Below, one piece after another: positions 38,201 to 48,645 of a DNA stretch of 64,000 bases (within the stretch, counting starts at the first letter, position 1; each line of letters starts with the position of its first letter). The notes under the pieces were generated by a model that worked only from the letters and a program-made list of their open reading frames with translations, was not told the DNA's origin and did not search any database. The translations under genes and the position numbers were made by a program. The DNA is from a virus. The stretch covers positions 4,169-68,168 of IMG/VR virus record IMGVR_UViG_3300022074_000029; one strand, given 5' to 3'.

Positions 38201-39372
38201 ATTATGATCAACGGGTAATTCTTGATGCAGGTCAGAATGATTCTGCAGGTAATTCAACATATGCATTTAATGTTGGTGATAGAGTTATAAGAAAGGTTGA
38301 GAACTCAGCCAATAAAGTTGCAAAGGTATATGATTGGGATCCTGCATCCAGAGAACTTTTAGTTACATTTGAGGTTGATGAATTAGCATTCATTGATGGT
38401 GGAAGACCATCTACAGAAGATGCTATTGTTCAATTTGATGCAGGTGTTGCTGCTTCATCTGGAACAGGTATTCTTCCTCATACTACTGAAGCGAATGTAG
38501 GAAGTTCAATTTCAACATTAACAGTTCCTATTGCAACAATCTCAGATACTAGATTTGTTGATACTGCTGAAAATGCTGGTGCTGGTGATGGTATTCCTGA
38601 CTTAGTGAATACTGCTACTGATTTTCTAAATCAAATTAGTCTTGATGGTGGTATCTACAGTTCCTTATATGGTATTGAAGAAACACAAGGAGGAACTAAC
38701 ACAACTTTATTCCAAGTTGGTGATAATATTAAAGATGGTAGTATTCCATTCAAATACGCAAATATTGACACTGCTGGTGCATTAAGTGATGGTGTTGAGC
38801 ATAACTCAACGCTTAAGATATTCTTGGATGCAACAAATGCTAATGGACAGAACTATAGTGTCAACGAAGTTGTCACGGGTGCTGTATCTGGTGTTCAAGC
38901 AACAGTAGTGTCTTGGGATCCTTCTGAGACTTCAGTTGTTGTTCAAAATGTAACACCATATAACACAGGTAATATTGCTATCGGTATTGCTGGTTATCTA
39001 TATGAATTTTCACAAGATGGCACGATTGTTGATTTCAATGTTCAAAATCCTGGTACTAACTACTCTGCTGCTCCAACAGTAGCAATAGAGAATACTGGAG
39101 ATATACAAGCTACAGCAACAGCAGTTCTAACAACTGCAGGTGACCAAGTTGCTTCATTAACAATCACTAATGGTGGGTATGGTATCCCACAAACAGTTGA
39201 CGGAACTTATAATCTACATCCTACAGTGACATTCAGCAATGCTAGTGGTGATACTACTGGTGCTGGTGCAGTTGCACAAGCAATTTTAGGTGGAGAAAAT
39301 CTTGTTGGTAACGCTGGTGCAACCTATCGTATCAAAAGAATTGAGTATCAAACAACTGTTCGTTCAAAATGA
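35212..39372 (+). CDS. Virion structural protein with YHYH-like and cupredoxin-like domains
   Basis: HSKILGMSYDGYPIYGPWGY...LDEYNGKF..TPEYPNGTYAYY; HPIRLST...YYHCAYHTHMAG; GGGG.GA.A repeats. Confidence 0.75.
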   Translation: MTRTVPGTGATINPIFDEVFGVRAVEVTNGGSGYSPTDPPRLTITGCGTPTKEAILYPIIDTDSGRIIHVRVLDRGQGYDPLRLQIIPQDETPTIVDSFDINRIWQSHPNAPTTGSFAGTTDRLTIQSDNHPKPTWTLAEAAPGGGPLVDRTFNQAFIYRGGKDVPNPGIRSFQNDRVNGILANGGLLHTPEWGVDGNAPSGHQIDVVKYPYVKSMDTYDVVTESNVNYYHSNEVIPEFELTNGVFDWGNIQQFTWNIKVELNNLQFDVIEVDETLGTVEVGRIVDEVSGAARGEIAKVVRNGSNVVTRIYLRNVSTGASFTDQDVCLGSNGFQFKINTIPRILKPYYIDFGTSASRFGAFVPGQYYFAPENIQVRANDLIIFNQSDASNNEGTNGHPIRLSTTADGPLNQSPGTVYYQSTGVSQGPAADYETNFQTVFIMNSDESSRIYYHCAYHTHMAGYTGDEGYITLNTASETYTSTNNYYSEDFYQSDSNDPNTIDRSRHVNGHSKILGMSYDGYPIYGPWGYNSSNAVAREISSYRLRTTAELAGNRPQVNTVSTVTYAVTISNGQFLFDGSRPSFLDLDRGKTYIFNQNDSSNDSQHILISTTTDGWHGINPVVIGNTANVYTGNGIKYYIDGSEVTYQSYLSGFNLASTRELRFTVPVDSPAQLFLFAYTTAGHGIRTVQEGYVLGDLVGDYIYDSSVGTLDEYNGKFDSTPEYPNGTYAYYMTEDSSADPTYPYAIGPKMYGVPIVEGDTLPDAPTIFPTIAEGDVILNTDGTVSYVKMTKKGDNFFGTARAEILGGQGTGALGSPIVQTVTGLSLLTTGRSYATPPTLIFEGGGGQGAQGAAEIDTLGRVTSINIADDGEFYQEPPFVLISGGGGIGAKAVATIDQGKITAITVTEPGSGYTSAPNVIFTKLVNLKRRARARQANNSGTIYLTGLVKNVTANDSEIFVDSTDAYPGSGQIILNKETITYTAKVAGKFSGLTRGVNFNYDQRVILDAGQNDSAGNSTYAFNVGDRVIRKVENSANKVAKVYDWDPASRELLVTFEVDELAFIDGGRPSTEDAIVQFDAGVAASSGTGILPHTTEANVGSSISTLTVPIATISDTRFVDTAENAGAGDGIPDLVNTATDFLNQISLDGGIYSSLYGIEETQGGTNTTLFQVGDNIKDGSIPFKYANIDTAGALSDGVEHNSTLKIFLDATNANGQNYSVNEVVTGAVSGVQATVVSWDPSETSVVVQNVTPYNTGNIAIGIAGYLYEFSQDGTIVDFNVQNPGTNYSAAPTVAIENTGDIQATATAVLTTAGDQVASLTITNGGYGIPQTVDGTYNLHPTVTFSNASGDTTGAGAVAQAILGGENLVGNAGATYRIKRIEYQTTVRSK

Positions 39373-39373
39373 G

Positions 39374-39381
39374 CATAAATA
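39374..39381 (+). promoter_or_regulatory. T4-type late promoter
   Basis: CATAAATA upstream of gp8. Confidence 0.7.
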
Positions 39382-39408
39382 AACAGGAGGACATATAGTC
39401 ACTAGGAC

Positions 39409-40941
39409 ATGGCAGCTCTATTAACTGATCAATTTAGAATTTTTTCAGCGAAAAAATTCATCAAGGCACTTGAAGGTCCCGATGCGACTCAGAGCGATGA
39501 CGCTGCTGGTTCATCAAGAGACCGAGTATATTTGTTTATTGGAAGACCACAAATTTGGGATAATGAAAACTCGCCCCCACAGGCAGTAGATTCATTCTCT
39601 GAATTTTCTGGTTCTTATGATGACATGATATCTCTGAAAAGAGTGCTTGCATCTGACACTGTACAGGTGGTAAGACGTATCGACTGGGTTTCTCCAGAAG
39701 AAACTACTGGTGGACTAGGTTTTACTTATGACATGTATCGTCAAGATTATTCTCCAAGTAAAACTGCTGCTTCTGGTGCTACTAAATTATATGACTCTGA
39801 CTTTTATGTTGTAAATTCACAGTATCAAGTATACAAGTGCATTTACAATGGAACCTCACCTTCTGATCCAAATGGTAAACCTTCTACTGTCGAGCCTACT
39901 GGGACTAGCACTAGCATCATCACTACTGGCGATGGGTATCGTTGGAAGTATATGTACACTATTCCAGTTGCATCCGTCCTTAAGTTCTTTTCCAATGACT
40001 ATATGCCAGTCTTCACGAATGCTGCGGTGAAAACCAATGCTGTTGCTGGTGAAATTGATACTGTTGTAATTAATGCAGCAGGTTCTGGATATAACAACGG
40101 AACTTATGACAACGTTGCCATCAATGGTGATGGAACTGGTGGTCGTGTTTCTATTGTTATTGATGGTGGTAAAGTTATCTCTGCTACTGTTACATCTGGT
40201 GGAACTGGATATACGTTCGGTAAAATCAGTATTGATAACATAACAGGTGTTGGAACAGGAACAGGTGGACAAGTGGATGTTATTATTCCACCTCCAAATG
40301 GTCATGGTTCTGATGCTGTTGTAGAGATCGGTGCATTCCGTGTCATGATTAATGCCAAACTTTCATATGATGAAGGTGCAGGTGATTTCCCGATTGATAA
40401 CGATTACCGTCGTATTGGTCTTATCACTAACCCTTTAAAATTTGGAACTGAGGAACTTATTTCTGATTTGACTGTATCTGCTACAAAAGCAGTTATATTC
40501 TCTCCTACATTCCAAGGTAACTATGTGCCTGATGAAATTATTACACAAACACGAGTTGTTGGTGGAACCAACGTTACTGCTCGTGGTAGAGTAATTTCTT
40601 GGAATGCTACAACTAAAGTTTTGAAATATTATCAAAACGCAGTTGATGGTATCTTCCCTGAGGTTACAGGTACTCAAAATGAATTTGATGGTTCTAATGT
40701 CATCAATGGTGCAACATCTGGTGCTGCTGGTCAACCCGATGTTAACTTTCCAGCCGTGCCGAACTCTTCTTCTAGAACAATTAACAACACCGAGTATGAC
40801 TTGGGTATGAAATTCAACAATGGATATTCTAAACCCGAAATCAAATCAAATAGCGGTGACGTTGTGTATATAGATAACAGGAGAGCAATCAGTCGTGCTA
40901 ACGACCAAGTAGAAGACATCAAAATCGTAATCGAGTTCTAA
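39409..40941 (+). CDS. gp8: Baseplate wedge subunit gp8
   Basis: VYLFIGRPQIWDNE..PP, VVRRIDW, YQVYKC, DGYRWKYMYTIP, IYIDNR-like end ...QVEDIKIVIEF. Confidence 0.9.
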   Translation: MAALLTDQFRIFSAKKFIKALEGPDATQSDDAAGSSRDRVYLFIGRPQIWDNENSPPQAVDSFSEFSGSYDDMISLKRVLASDTVQVVRRIDWVSPEETTGGLGFTYDMYRQDYSPSKTAASGATKLYDSDFYVVNSQYQVYKCIYNGTSPSDPNGKPSTVEPTGTSTSIITTGDGYRWKYMYTIPVASVLKFFSNDYMPVFTNAAVKTNAVAGEIDTVVINAAGSGYNNGTYDNVAINGDGTGGRVSIVIDGGKVISATVTSGGTGYTFGKISIDNITGVGTGTGGQVDVIIPPPNGHGSDAVVEIGAFRVMINAKLSYDEGAGDFPIDNDYRRIGLITNPLKFGTEELISDLTVSATKAVIFSPTFQGNYVPDEIITQTRVVGGTNVTARGRVISWNATTKVLKYYQNAVDGIFPEVTGTQNEFDGSNVINGATSGAAGQPDVNFPAVPNSSSRTINNTEYDLGMKFNNGYSKPEIKSNSGDVVYIDNRRAISRANDQVEDIKIVIEF

Positions 40942-43900
40942 TGGCACAAAATACAAATCTAAACGTCACACCTTATTACGACGATTTCGATAAAACGAAA
41001 AACTTTTATCGAGTTTTATTTCGTCCTGGTTTCCCGATTCAAGCAAGGGAACTAACTACGCTGCAAAGCACTATGCAGAATCAGGTTGAGAATGTAGGTT
41101 CTCACCTATTCAAAGATGGTGCGATGGTTATACCAGGTCAAATTGGTTATGACCTAGAAGTCGATGCTATCATGCTTCAAGAATCATTCTTGGGTGCTGA
41201 TGTTGAATTGTATAGAACACAATTAGAAAATAAAATTATCACTGGTTTAACATCTGGTGTTAAAGCAAAAGTATTATTCAGTGTTTCTGAAACTATTTCT
41301 GAGAAAGGATATATCACTCTATACGTTAAGTATATTGAATCTGGTGGAACTACCCAGACTCAAACAACATTTACAAATAATGAACAGTTAGTTACTGATA
41401 CTGAAATTACATTTGGAACCACTCTAATTGAAATTGGTTCTCCTTTTGCACAGTTACTTCCTACTGCTGCAATTCAAACTGGTTCTGCTGCATACATTCA
41501 ACCTGGTGTTTATTTCATCAGAGGTTTCTTTGTAGACGTACCATATCAATATATTCTCCTTGATCAATATGGAACAACACCTGCCTACAGGATCGGACTC
41601 GAAATCTTGGAGTCGATCGTTACCCCAGAAGATGACTTATCACTCAATGATAATGCTGCAGGCACATCTAATTATGCTGCTCCTGGTTCTCACAGATTCA
41701 GAATAACAACCAACTTAATTAAGAAACTTCTTACAGACGAAGCAGATAAAGACTTTATTGAATTACTCCGTATTAATGGTAGTAAGGTTGAGAAATTAGT
41801 TGATCGTAGTGCATACGATGAACTAGAAAAATCCATGGCTCTTAGAACTTTTGAAGAGTCTGGTAACTATGTTGTAAATGATTTTCAGATTACAAATAGA
41901 GAAAACCTAAACGATGGATTTAATAATGGTGTTTATAACACTGGAGATACGACAGCACAAGGAAATTCAGCAACAAATCAAAAGTATGCTGTAGAATTTG
42001 GTCCTGGTACAGCATATGTTAGAGGTTATAGAATTAAAACTCTATCACCAACATATGTTGACGTAGATAAACCAAGATCAACTAATAATGCTCAGAACGT
42101 TATCATTCCTTTTGAACTTGGAAACTATTCTAATATTCAAAATGTATATGGATTCTTAAATTGTTCTGGTTCTACTATTACAAATGCATATCAAACTATT
42201 GAATTAAAAGATACTTTCACATCTACACCAGGAACTGCTGCAGGTAATGTAATTGGATATGCTCGCGTATCTTCTATCGAACATGTACAAGATCCAGATA
42301 CTACATTCGGTAATGCTGATGATAGATATCGTTTGCATATTTTTGATGTGCAAATGTTCACTCAATTACAACTAGCAACTTCACAAAGTATTACTGCTGG
42401 TTCTCTTGTAATTGGTAAAACATCTGGTGCTAGAGGATATGTTGTAGACGCTGTTAGTTCAGATCCTGATGTAACTTTATATGCAGTAGAAGGTACATTC
42501 CAAGATGGTGAAATGATCACTGTTGATGGTCTTGACAAAGATACAATTTCCAAAAATTATGTTTATGAATATTCCGATACTCGTCAAGTTGTCTCAAAAG
42601 ATGAAAGCACAAGTGCTGTAGAATTTACAGCAGATGTTGTTCTTGAAGATCTACAACAACTTCAAGGTGCTACATTCACTTATGATGCAACAGGTTCTGC
42701 TGAAAAAATTACTGGAACAAATAGTAATATATCTATCGATTTAAGAGCTGGTGATAGAATTTATTTCAGTGCTACAAAATATGTTGATGTTGATGCTATT
42801 GATCCAACTAACTTAGCGTCTTCTAACAACGGAACAATATTTAACTATGCTAGTCAGTCAGTTAATGTATCACCTGGTGCTGGTGGTGCTGCTCCTACTG
42901 CTGGCGATTATACAGTCTTAGTTAGGTATAGAGCTAAACTATTTGATCAATTATCAGCTTCTCTTCTAGAGCAAATGCCTAGACCTTATGTTAAGAGTAT
43001 TTCTGATGAATCTATGATTGTCAGAAGGACTTTTGACTCACAGACAGTTGCTTCTAGTTCTATTGCTATTACTCTTCCTGCAAATGAACAATTTGAAGCA
43101 TTATCTAATTCAAACTATACGTTCACCGTTCTTGCAAGTACCAACGGTACTTATCCAGTTGGTGACCAAATACCTATTGATACTACTAATACTGGTGCTT
43201 TAGGATATACAACATTTACTTCATCTGACAGAACAACTCTTCAGATGGATAATCTTACAAACATTACTTCTGTTAAGGTAACTGCGTCTATTTCTAAGAA
43301 CGTTACTACTAAGAAAACTAAATCTCCTCAGAAAATGTTTGTTCTCAAGGCAAACAAAACTATCAATAACCTTGATAAACAAAATTATAATTTAGCTTAT
43401 TCCAATCTTTACGGAACTAGAATTGAAGATCAGGATCTATCTCTAGGTCTTGTTGATGCTTATAAGATTCATGCAGTATATGAATCCCTTGATGATAGTG
43501 ATCCTGTTCTTCCTTCTATAACTTTAGTTGAGCCAACATTCTTTGCGACTGGAAGTATTGTTACAGGTAGAACTTCAAAAGCAAGAGCAAGAGTTGTTGA
43601 CTTTAACTCAAGCACACTTAAATTAACTATCGTATATCTAAGTGGTCAGTTTATTGTTGGTGAAACAGTAGATGGTTTTGATAGCACTCCTACTGCTATT
43701 ACTGGAATTATTAATGACTCAGCAGGTTCTATTGTTGTTGGTTCTAAAGTAATTACAGATAGATACAATTTAGATAGTGGTCAAACTAATTTCCTATATG
43801 GTATATCAAGATTAGTAAGAAAGACAGGTGTTTCAAGACCAATTAGAAAACTAAAAATTGTTTTAGACTACTATGCACATGCTGCAACTGGTGATTATTT

Positions 43901-46900
43901 TGGTGGACAATCATATCTAGATACCAATTACGAAGATGTTCCTCTATTTGACGGACTATTCTTACCAGATTACCTAGACTTTAGACCAGGTGTAAAAAAT
44001 CTATTCAGTGGAACAGGAACAGTTGCATCTCCTGCATTTGTAAACTGTTCTACATTTGACTTTAAGTCAAGAGTATTCCCAACTTCTAGTACACCTGCTG
44101 CAACTCTATTTGATGTTCCTAAGGTTAACAGCGATTTCCGTTGTGATTTTGATTGGTATCTTCCTCGAATTGATAAAGTATACTTACTTCCTACAGGTGA
44201 ATTCCAAATTATTAAAGGTAAGTCTGAAGAGAGACCTTCTCCTCCAGACGATCTACAAGATGGTATGCTTCTAGCAACCATGTCACATGCACCATATGGT
44301 TTTGATCCTGTTGATGATGTAATTATTCAAAAGTCTGAGAACAGACGATATACCATGAGAGATATTGGTAAAATTGAAACTAGACTTAACCAAGTTGAAT
44401 ATTATACATCTCTCAACATGCTTGAGACAGATACATTTAATACTGACATTACTGATGCATCTGGAAAGAGTAGATTGAAGAATGGATTTATTGTTGATGA
44501 CTTTACAGATCATTCTAAATCAGATACAAGTAATCCTGATTACAGTGCTTCATTAGATTATATTGAAGGATCTGCTCATCCTTCACATTTTACAACTAAT
44601 ATTTCTCTAATTATTAATACTTCGTTATCTACAAATTATCGAAAAACAGGTCCATTAATCACACTTCCATATACAGAAGAAAAATTAATTGAACAACCAT
44701 ACGCATCTCGTGTTGAAAACGTAAACCCATTTAACGTTTTTGCATACATTGGTCGTATTGATCTAGTACCTGCAAGTGATGACTGGGTAGATACTAATCG
44801 TCTTCCTGTTAGAGTTACTAATATTGAAGGTGATTTCCAAGCAACTCGACGTGAATTAAATGTTGACCAAAATGGATTTTCTCCTATTCAATGGCAATCT
44901 TGGAGAACTACATGGACTGGAGAAAGTACAAGTGGTTGGAGTAGAAGAAGAGAACATACCTTTGCTAACTTTGTTAGTGGTAGAGGTCGTCGTGTTATGG
45001 GAACAAGAACCGTAACGTCAACTAGCAATCAAACAAGACAGGGTATTAGAACTAGAGTTGTTCCTAGAATTGATCGTATATCACAAGGAGATAGAACTGT
45101 ATCCTCAACTTCTATTCCTTGGATTCGTTCTAGAAATATTGATGTAACTGTTGCAAGAATGAAACCTAGAACTACTTTCTACGGATTCTTTGATGGAACA
45201 AAAGTTGGTGATTATATGATTCCTAAAGTTCTTGAAGTTATCAAAGATCCTTCTACTGATAGTAGAACCAACTCCACACCATTTGTTATTGGTGAAACTG
45301 TAGTTGGTCAGACTTCTGGTGCAACACTTAGAATTGCAGCACCTAATGACTTCTATGATTTTAACCCATATACTGATGTAGCGATGCCTACATCATATTC
45401 TTCAACAACAGACTTTGTAAATCTTGACACAGATTCACTTGCTGCACAAGCAGTTGGTCAATACTTTGGTAATATTCAAGTTGGAGAATTGTTAGTTGCT
45501 GCCTCAGGTGCAACAGCAGTTGTTAAAGATCGTCGTTTGTTAACTGATAGATTAGGACAGTGGAAAGGTTCATTATTCATTCCACAACCTTCTATAGATA
45601 CAAACCCACGTTGGGCAACAGGAACAAGAACTCTAAGATTTACTACAAACGAAAATGATTCTCGTGTTGGAGGTACAGTTGCATCTGCTGCAGAAGTTGA
45701 ATACAAAGCAGAAGGAACATTAAATACACTTCAAGAAAACGTCCTTTCAGTTAGAAATGCTGATGTTGTTAGAGATACTGTTAGTCAAGATCGAACAATT
45801 AATTCTACAAGAACTGAATCACGTCAAGTTGGTTGGTGGGATCCACTTGCACAATCATTCTTAGTTACTGAAACAGGTGGAACATTCTTAACTTCAGTTG
45901 AAATTTATTTCAATGCTAAAGATAGTAATATTCCTATCTCAATGCAAATCAGAACAATGGAAAATGGTTATCCAACAACAGCTATTCTACCTTTCTCTGA
46001 TGTAACGATAAATCCTGCAGATGTTCAAATCTCTGAAACTGGTGCTGTTGCAACTAAGTTTACATTCCAAGCTCCTGTATACATTCCTCAGTCAATTGAA
46101 CATTGTTTTGTTCTCTTCTCAGACTCTAATGAATATCAAGTCTGGATTTCTAGGATGGGTGAATTAGATATATCTGGAGACAGAACAATATCTGAACAAC
46201 CATATGCAGGTGTGTTATTTAAATCGCAGAACGCAACTACATGGACTGCAGACCAATATGAGGATCTTAAGTTTATTGTAAATAGAGCATCGTTTGATAA
46301 CAGTGGAGCAACAAGAATTACTCTTAATAATGCTCCCCTTGATAGAGGTAACAACGGTAAGATTACACTACAAAATGATGCAATTCAAACATTCCAACCA
46401 GAATTGCAATTAGTAATGAACTCAACAACATTACCATTTACTATCGGAGCAAGAGTATATCAGAAGACAACTCTTGCAGAAGGTACAATTGTTGGCATTG
46501 GAGCAAGTAGTTCTGGTGTATTGTTAACTATTAATGATATCTCTGGAACATGGCAAGCAGGTAGTAACACTGGTGGTGTTATTACTAACCGTGTTGTATC
46601 ATCTAAAGCAACTGCAACTATGGTTGTATCAGGTGCATCTGGAGACTTTGTTGTTGGTGAAACAATTACAGGTAACTCTTCCACAACTCCTACTGCAGAA
46701 GTTGTGACATGGACTGCTGGTACTAATACACTAACGTTAAGATATGTTTCAACTGATTTCACTGCTTCAACAGAGACAGTCACTGGTGCAGGAGGTACAA
46801 CAGCAACAGTAAGTTCTGTAACCTATGCGGGTGATGTTATTGAAGGTGGTGCAGTTAGTGATGCTTATGTCGGAACAGCTCCAACATATACAACTACACA

Positions 46901-48116
46901 AAGAAAGGTTCGTGTTTCACACTCAAGTCATTGTATGCATGACTTAGATAATAATGTCATTGTTTCTGGCGTTATTTCTGAGGTTTCTGATACTTACTTA
47001 ACCTCTTCTATATCTTCTACTGATACTACTATCAATATAAACGATGCTAGTGCTTTCCATAAAATTATTAATGGACAAGCAATTAGTGCTTCTAATGTTG
47101 GATATATCAAGATTGGTGCTGAAGTTATGTCTTACTCAGCAATCGCTTCAAATGGTAAATCTATTACTGTTCATGAAAGAGGTGTTGACGGATCAACTGG
47201 TGTAGCACATGCAGACGAAAGTGTAGTTAAATGTTACAACATTGATGGTATTCCTTTACCAGAAATCAACAAAACTCATGCAGCAATTCAAAGTCCTAGT
47301 TTAGATACATATGATCTTGCAACAACTTCCATTGCAAGATTAGGTATCAGATCTGGTGGTGATGGTATTGTTGCTACTCAGAATATTCAGTATGAGATTC
47401 TCGTTCCTCAAATCCAGAAAATGCTACTTCCTAAGACGGATGTGACTGCGAGAGTTCAAACAATTACTGGATCATCTATTAATGATGGACAAACCTTATC
47501 ACAAAGTTCATTCAGTAACACTGGTGAATTTAGTGACGTTAATCTGTCAGAGGATAATTACTTTAATTCTCCTCAATTAATTTGTTCTGCAATTAATGAA
47601 TCTGCAGAATTAAGTGGTGATAAGTCATTTAGAATGGATTTAACACTTTCTAGTCAATCTTCAACAGTTTCACCTGTTATGGATACAGATAGAATGTCTA
47701 TTACTATGGTAAGTAGTAGAGTTAATAATCCTAGCGATGCAAACGTTGCTAAGAGACCTTTTGGTGATGAACACTCAGCAATCTATATTAGTAAGGTTGC
47801 AGATCTAGTTAACCCTTCTTCTGCTATTAAACTAATCTTTGCGGGTTATCGTCCACCTAACACTGTGATTAAACCCCTATATAGAGTATTACCCTCAGGA
47901 TCTACAGATCCTATTGAGACACAGGGATTTGAATTCTTCCCAACAACAGGTGCTACCATTCCTGGTACAACTGAAGTAGAAGAATATAAAGATTATGAAT
48001 ACGAAGTATCAGGTCTTTCCTTCTCTCAATATCAAATAAAGATCGTGTTTGTTTCTCCGAACCAAGCATATTCTCCAGTTATTAAAGACTTTAGAGCAAT
48101 CGCTCTCGCTGTATAA
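40941..48116 (+). CDS. VrlC-like / DUF4815 virion structural protein (2391 aa)
   Basis: NLNVTPYYDDFD...FYRVLFRPGFPIQARELT, RLKNGFIVDDF, DPLAQSF, FKSQNATTWT. Confidence 0.85.
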   Translation: MAQNTNLNVTPYYDDFDKTKNFYRVLFRPGFPIQARELTTLQSTMQNQVENVGSHLFKDGAMVIPGQIGYDLEVDAIMLQESFLGADVELYRTQLENKIITGLTSGVKAKVLFSVSETISEKGYITLYVKYIESGGTTQTQTTFTNNEQLVTDTEITFGTTLIEIGSPFAQLLPTAAIQTGSAAYIQPGVYFIRGFFVDVPYQYILLDQYGTTPAYRIGLEILESIVTPEDDLSLNDNAAGTSNYAAPGSHRFRITTNLIKKLLTDEADKDFIELLRINGSKVEKLVDRSAYDELEKSMALRTFEESGNYVVNDFQITNRENLNDGFNNGVYNTGDTTAQGNSATNQKYAVEFGPGTAYVRGYRIKTLSPTYVDVDKPRSTNNAQNVIIPFELGNYSNIQNVYGFLNCSGSTITNAYQTIELKDTFTSTPGTAAGNVIGYARVSSIEHVQDPDTTFGNADDRYRLHIFDVQMFTQLQLATSQSITAGSLVIGKTSGARGYVVDAVSSDPDVTLYAVEGTFQDGEMITVDGLDKDTISKNYVYEYSDTRQVVSKDESTSAVEFTADVVLEDLQQLQGATFTYDATGSAEKITGTNSNISIDLRAGDRIYFSATKYVDVDAIDPTNLASSNNGTIFNYASQSVNVSPGAGGAAPTAGDYTVLVRYRAKLFDQLSASLLEQMPRPYVKSISDESMIVRRTFDSQTVASSSIAITLPANEQFEALSNSNYTFTVLASTNGTYPVGDQIPIDTTNTGALGYTTFTSSDRTTLQMDNLTNITSVKVTASISKNVTTKKTKSPQKMFVLKANKTINNLDKQNYNLAYSNLYGTRIEDQDLSLGLVDAYKIHAVYESLDDSDPVLPSITLVEPTFFATGSIVTGRTSKARARVVDFNSSTLKLTIVYLSGQFIVGETVDGFDSTPTAITGIINDSAGSIVVGSKVITDRYNLDSGQTNFLYGISRLVRKTGVSRPIRKLKIVLDYYAHAATGDYFGGQSYLDTNYEDVPLFDGLFLPDYLDFRPGVKNLFSGTGTVASPAFVNCSTFDFKSRVFPTSSTPAATLFDVPKVNSDFRCDFDWYLPRIDKVYLLPTGEFQIIKGKSEERPSPPDDLQDGMLLATMSHAPYGFDPVDDVIIQKSENRRYTMRDIGKIETRLNQVEYYTSLNMLETDTFNTDITDASGKSRLKNGFIVDDFTDHSKSDTSNPDYSASLDYIEGSAHPSHFTTNISLIINTSLSTNYRKTGPLITLPYTEEKLIEQPYASRVENVNPFNVFAYIGRIDLVPASDDWVDTNRLPVRVTNIEGDFQATRRELNVDQNGFSPIQWQSWRTTWTGESTSGWSRRREHTFANFVSGRGRRVMGTRTVTSTSNQTRQGIRTRVVPRIDRISQGDRTVSSTSIPWIRSRNIDVTVARMKPRTTFYGFFDGTKVGDYMIPKVLEVIKDPSTDSRTNSTPFVIGETVVGQTSGATLRIAAPNDFYDFNPYTDVAMPTSYSSTTDFVNLDTDSLAAQAVGQYFGNIQVGELLVAASGATAVVKDRRLLTDRLGQWKGSLFIPQPSIDTNPRWATGTRTLRFTTNENDSRVGGTVASAAEVEYKAEGTLNTLQENVLSVRNADVVRDTVSQDRTINSTRTESRQVGWWDPLAQSFLVTETGGTFLTSVEIYFNAKDSNIPISMQIRTMENGYPTTAILPFSDVTINPADVQISETGAVATKFTFQAPVYIPQSIEHCFVLFSDSNEYQVWISRMGELDISGDRTISEQPYAGVLFKSQNATTWTADQYEDLKFIVNRASFDNSGATRITLNNAPLDRGNNGKITLQNDAIQTFQPELQLVMNSTTLPFTIGARVYQKTTLAEGTIVGIGASSSGVLLTINDISGTWQAGSNTGGVITNRVVSSKATATMVVSGASGDFVVGETITGNSSTTPTAEVVTWTAGTNTLTLRYVSTDFTASTETVTGAGGTTATVSSVTYAGDVIEGGAVSDAYVGTAPTYTTTQRKVRVSHSSHCMHDLDNNVIVSGVISEVSDTYLTSSISSTDTTININDASAFHKIINGQAISASNVGYIKIGAEVMSYSAIASNGKSITVHERGVDGSTGVAHADESVVKCYNIDGIPLPEINKTHAAIQSPSLDTYDLATTSIARLGIRSGGDGIVATQNIQYEILVPQIQKMLLPKTDVTARVQTITGSSINDGQTLSQSSFSNTGEFSDVNLSEDNYFNSPQLICSAINESAELSGDKSFRMDLTLSSQSSTVSPVMDTDRMSITMVSSRVNNPSDANVAKRPFGDEHSAIYISKVADLVNPSSAIKLIFAGYRPPNTVIKPLYRVLPSGSTDPIETQGFEFFPTTGATIPGTTEVEEYKDYEYEVSGLSFSQYQIKIVFVSPNQAYSPVIKDFRAIALAV

Positions 48117-48343
48117 TGTCTAGAGTTACTCCTGTCAAAGATCATGCAGGATGGTATCGTGATTCAAACGGTGCTATTCAATGTTCAAATACTTATTCAT
48201 ATGATAAGTATATGAAAAACTACAATGCTAATTTAGATAAGGAAAAGCAAATGGAGACTTTACAAACTGAAGTTTCTGAGTTAAAATCAGATATGAGTGA
48301 GATAAAATCACTCTTACTAACGTTAGTCCAATCACAAAATTAA
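48116..48343 (+). CDS. Small coiled-coil protein
   Basis: 75 aa; LQTEVSELKSDMSEIKSLL heptads. Confidence 0.7.
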   Translation: MSRVTPVKDHAGWYRDSNGAIQCSNTYSYDKYMKNYNANLDKEKQMETLQTEVSELKSDMSEIKSLLLTLVQSQN

Positions 48344-48345
48344 TT

Positions 48346-48564
48346 ATGGAAAAAGTCTCACAAGAGTCTATGCTCCAAGAGTTCAAAGAGAGGTTCCAAA
48401 AAGTCACAGCTGAGACTTCTCAACTTGCAGCAAAAATCAAAGAAAACGAAGTGACAGCACTAAAATTACAAGGTGCTATTGAAACACTGGAATACTACAT
48501 TACTCCTCCTGCAGAAGAAACTGCATCACATCCCCCAGAGGTTGATGAAGTAACAGCAGAATAA
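48346..48564 (+). CDS. Small coiled-coil protein
   Basis: 72 aa; ALKLQGAIETLEY. Confidence 0.7.
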   Translation: MEKVSQESMLQEFKERFQKVTAETSQLAAKIKENEVTALKLQGAIETLEYYITPPAEETASHPPEVDEVTAE

Positions 48565-48570
48565 TTTTCG

Positions 48571-48594
48571 AGGGGTTTTAAAAACCCCTTTTTT
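48571..48594 (+). terminator. Rho-independent terminator
   Basis: AGGGGTTT-taa-AAACCCCT followed by TTTTT. Confidence 0.8.
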
Positions 48595-48599
48595 ACTAG

Positions 48600-48607
48600 C
48601 ATAAATA
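48600..48607 (+). promoter_or_regulatory. T4-type late promoter
   Basis: CATAAATA just after the terminator and before the fibre gene. Confidence 0.75.
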
Positions 48608-48645
48608 ACTTGGAAGCATTACCCATTATAGAGTTGTCGTAACAA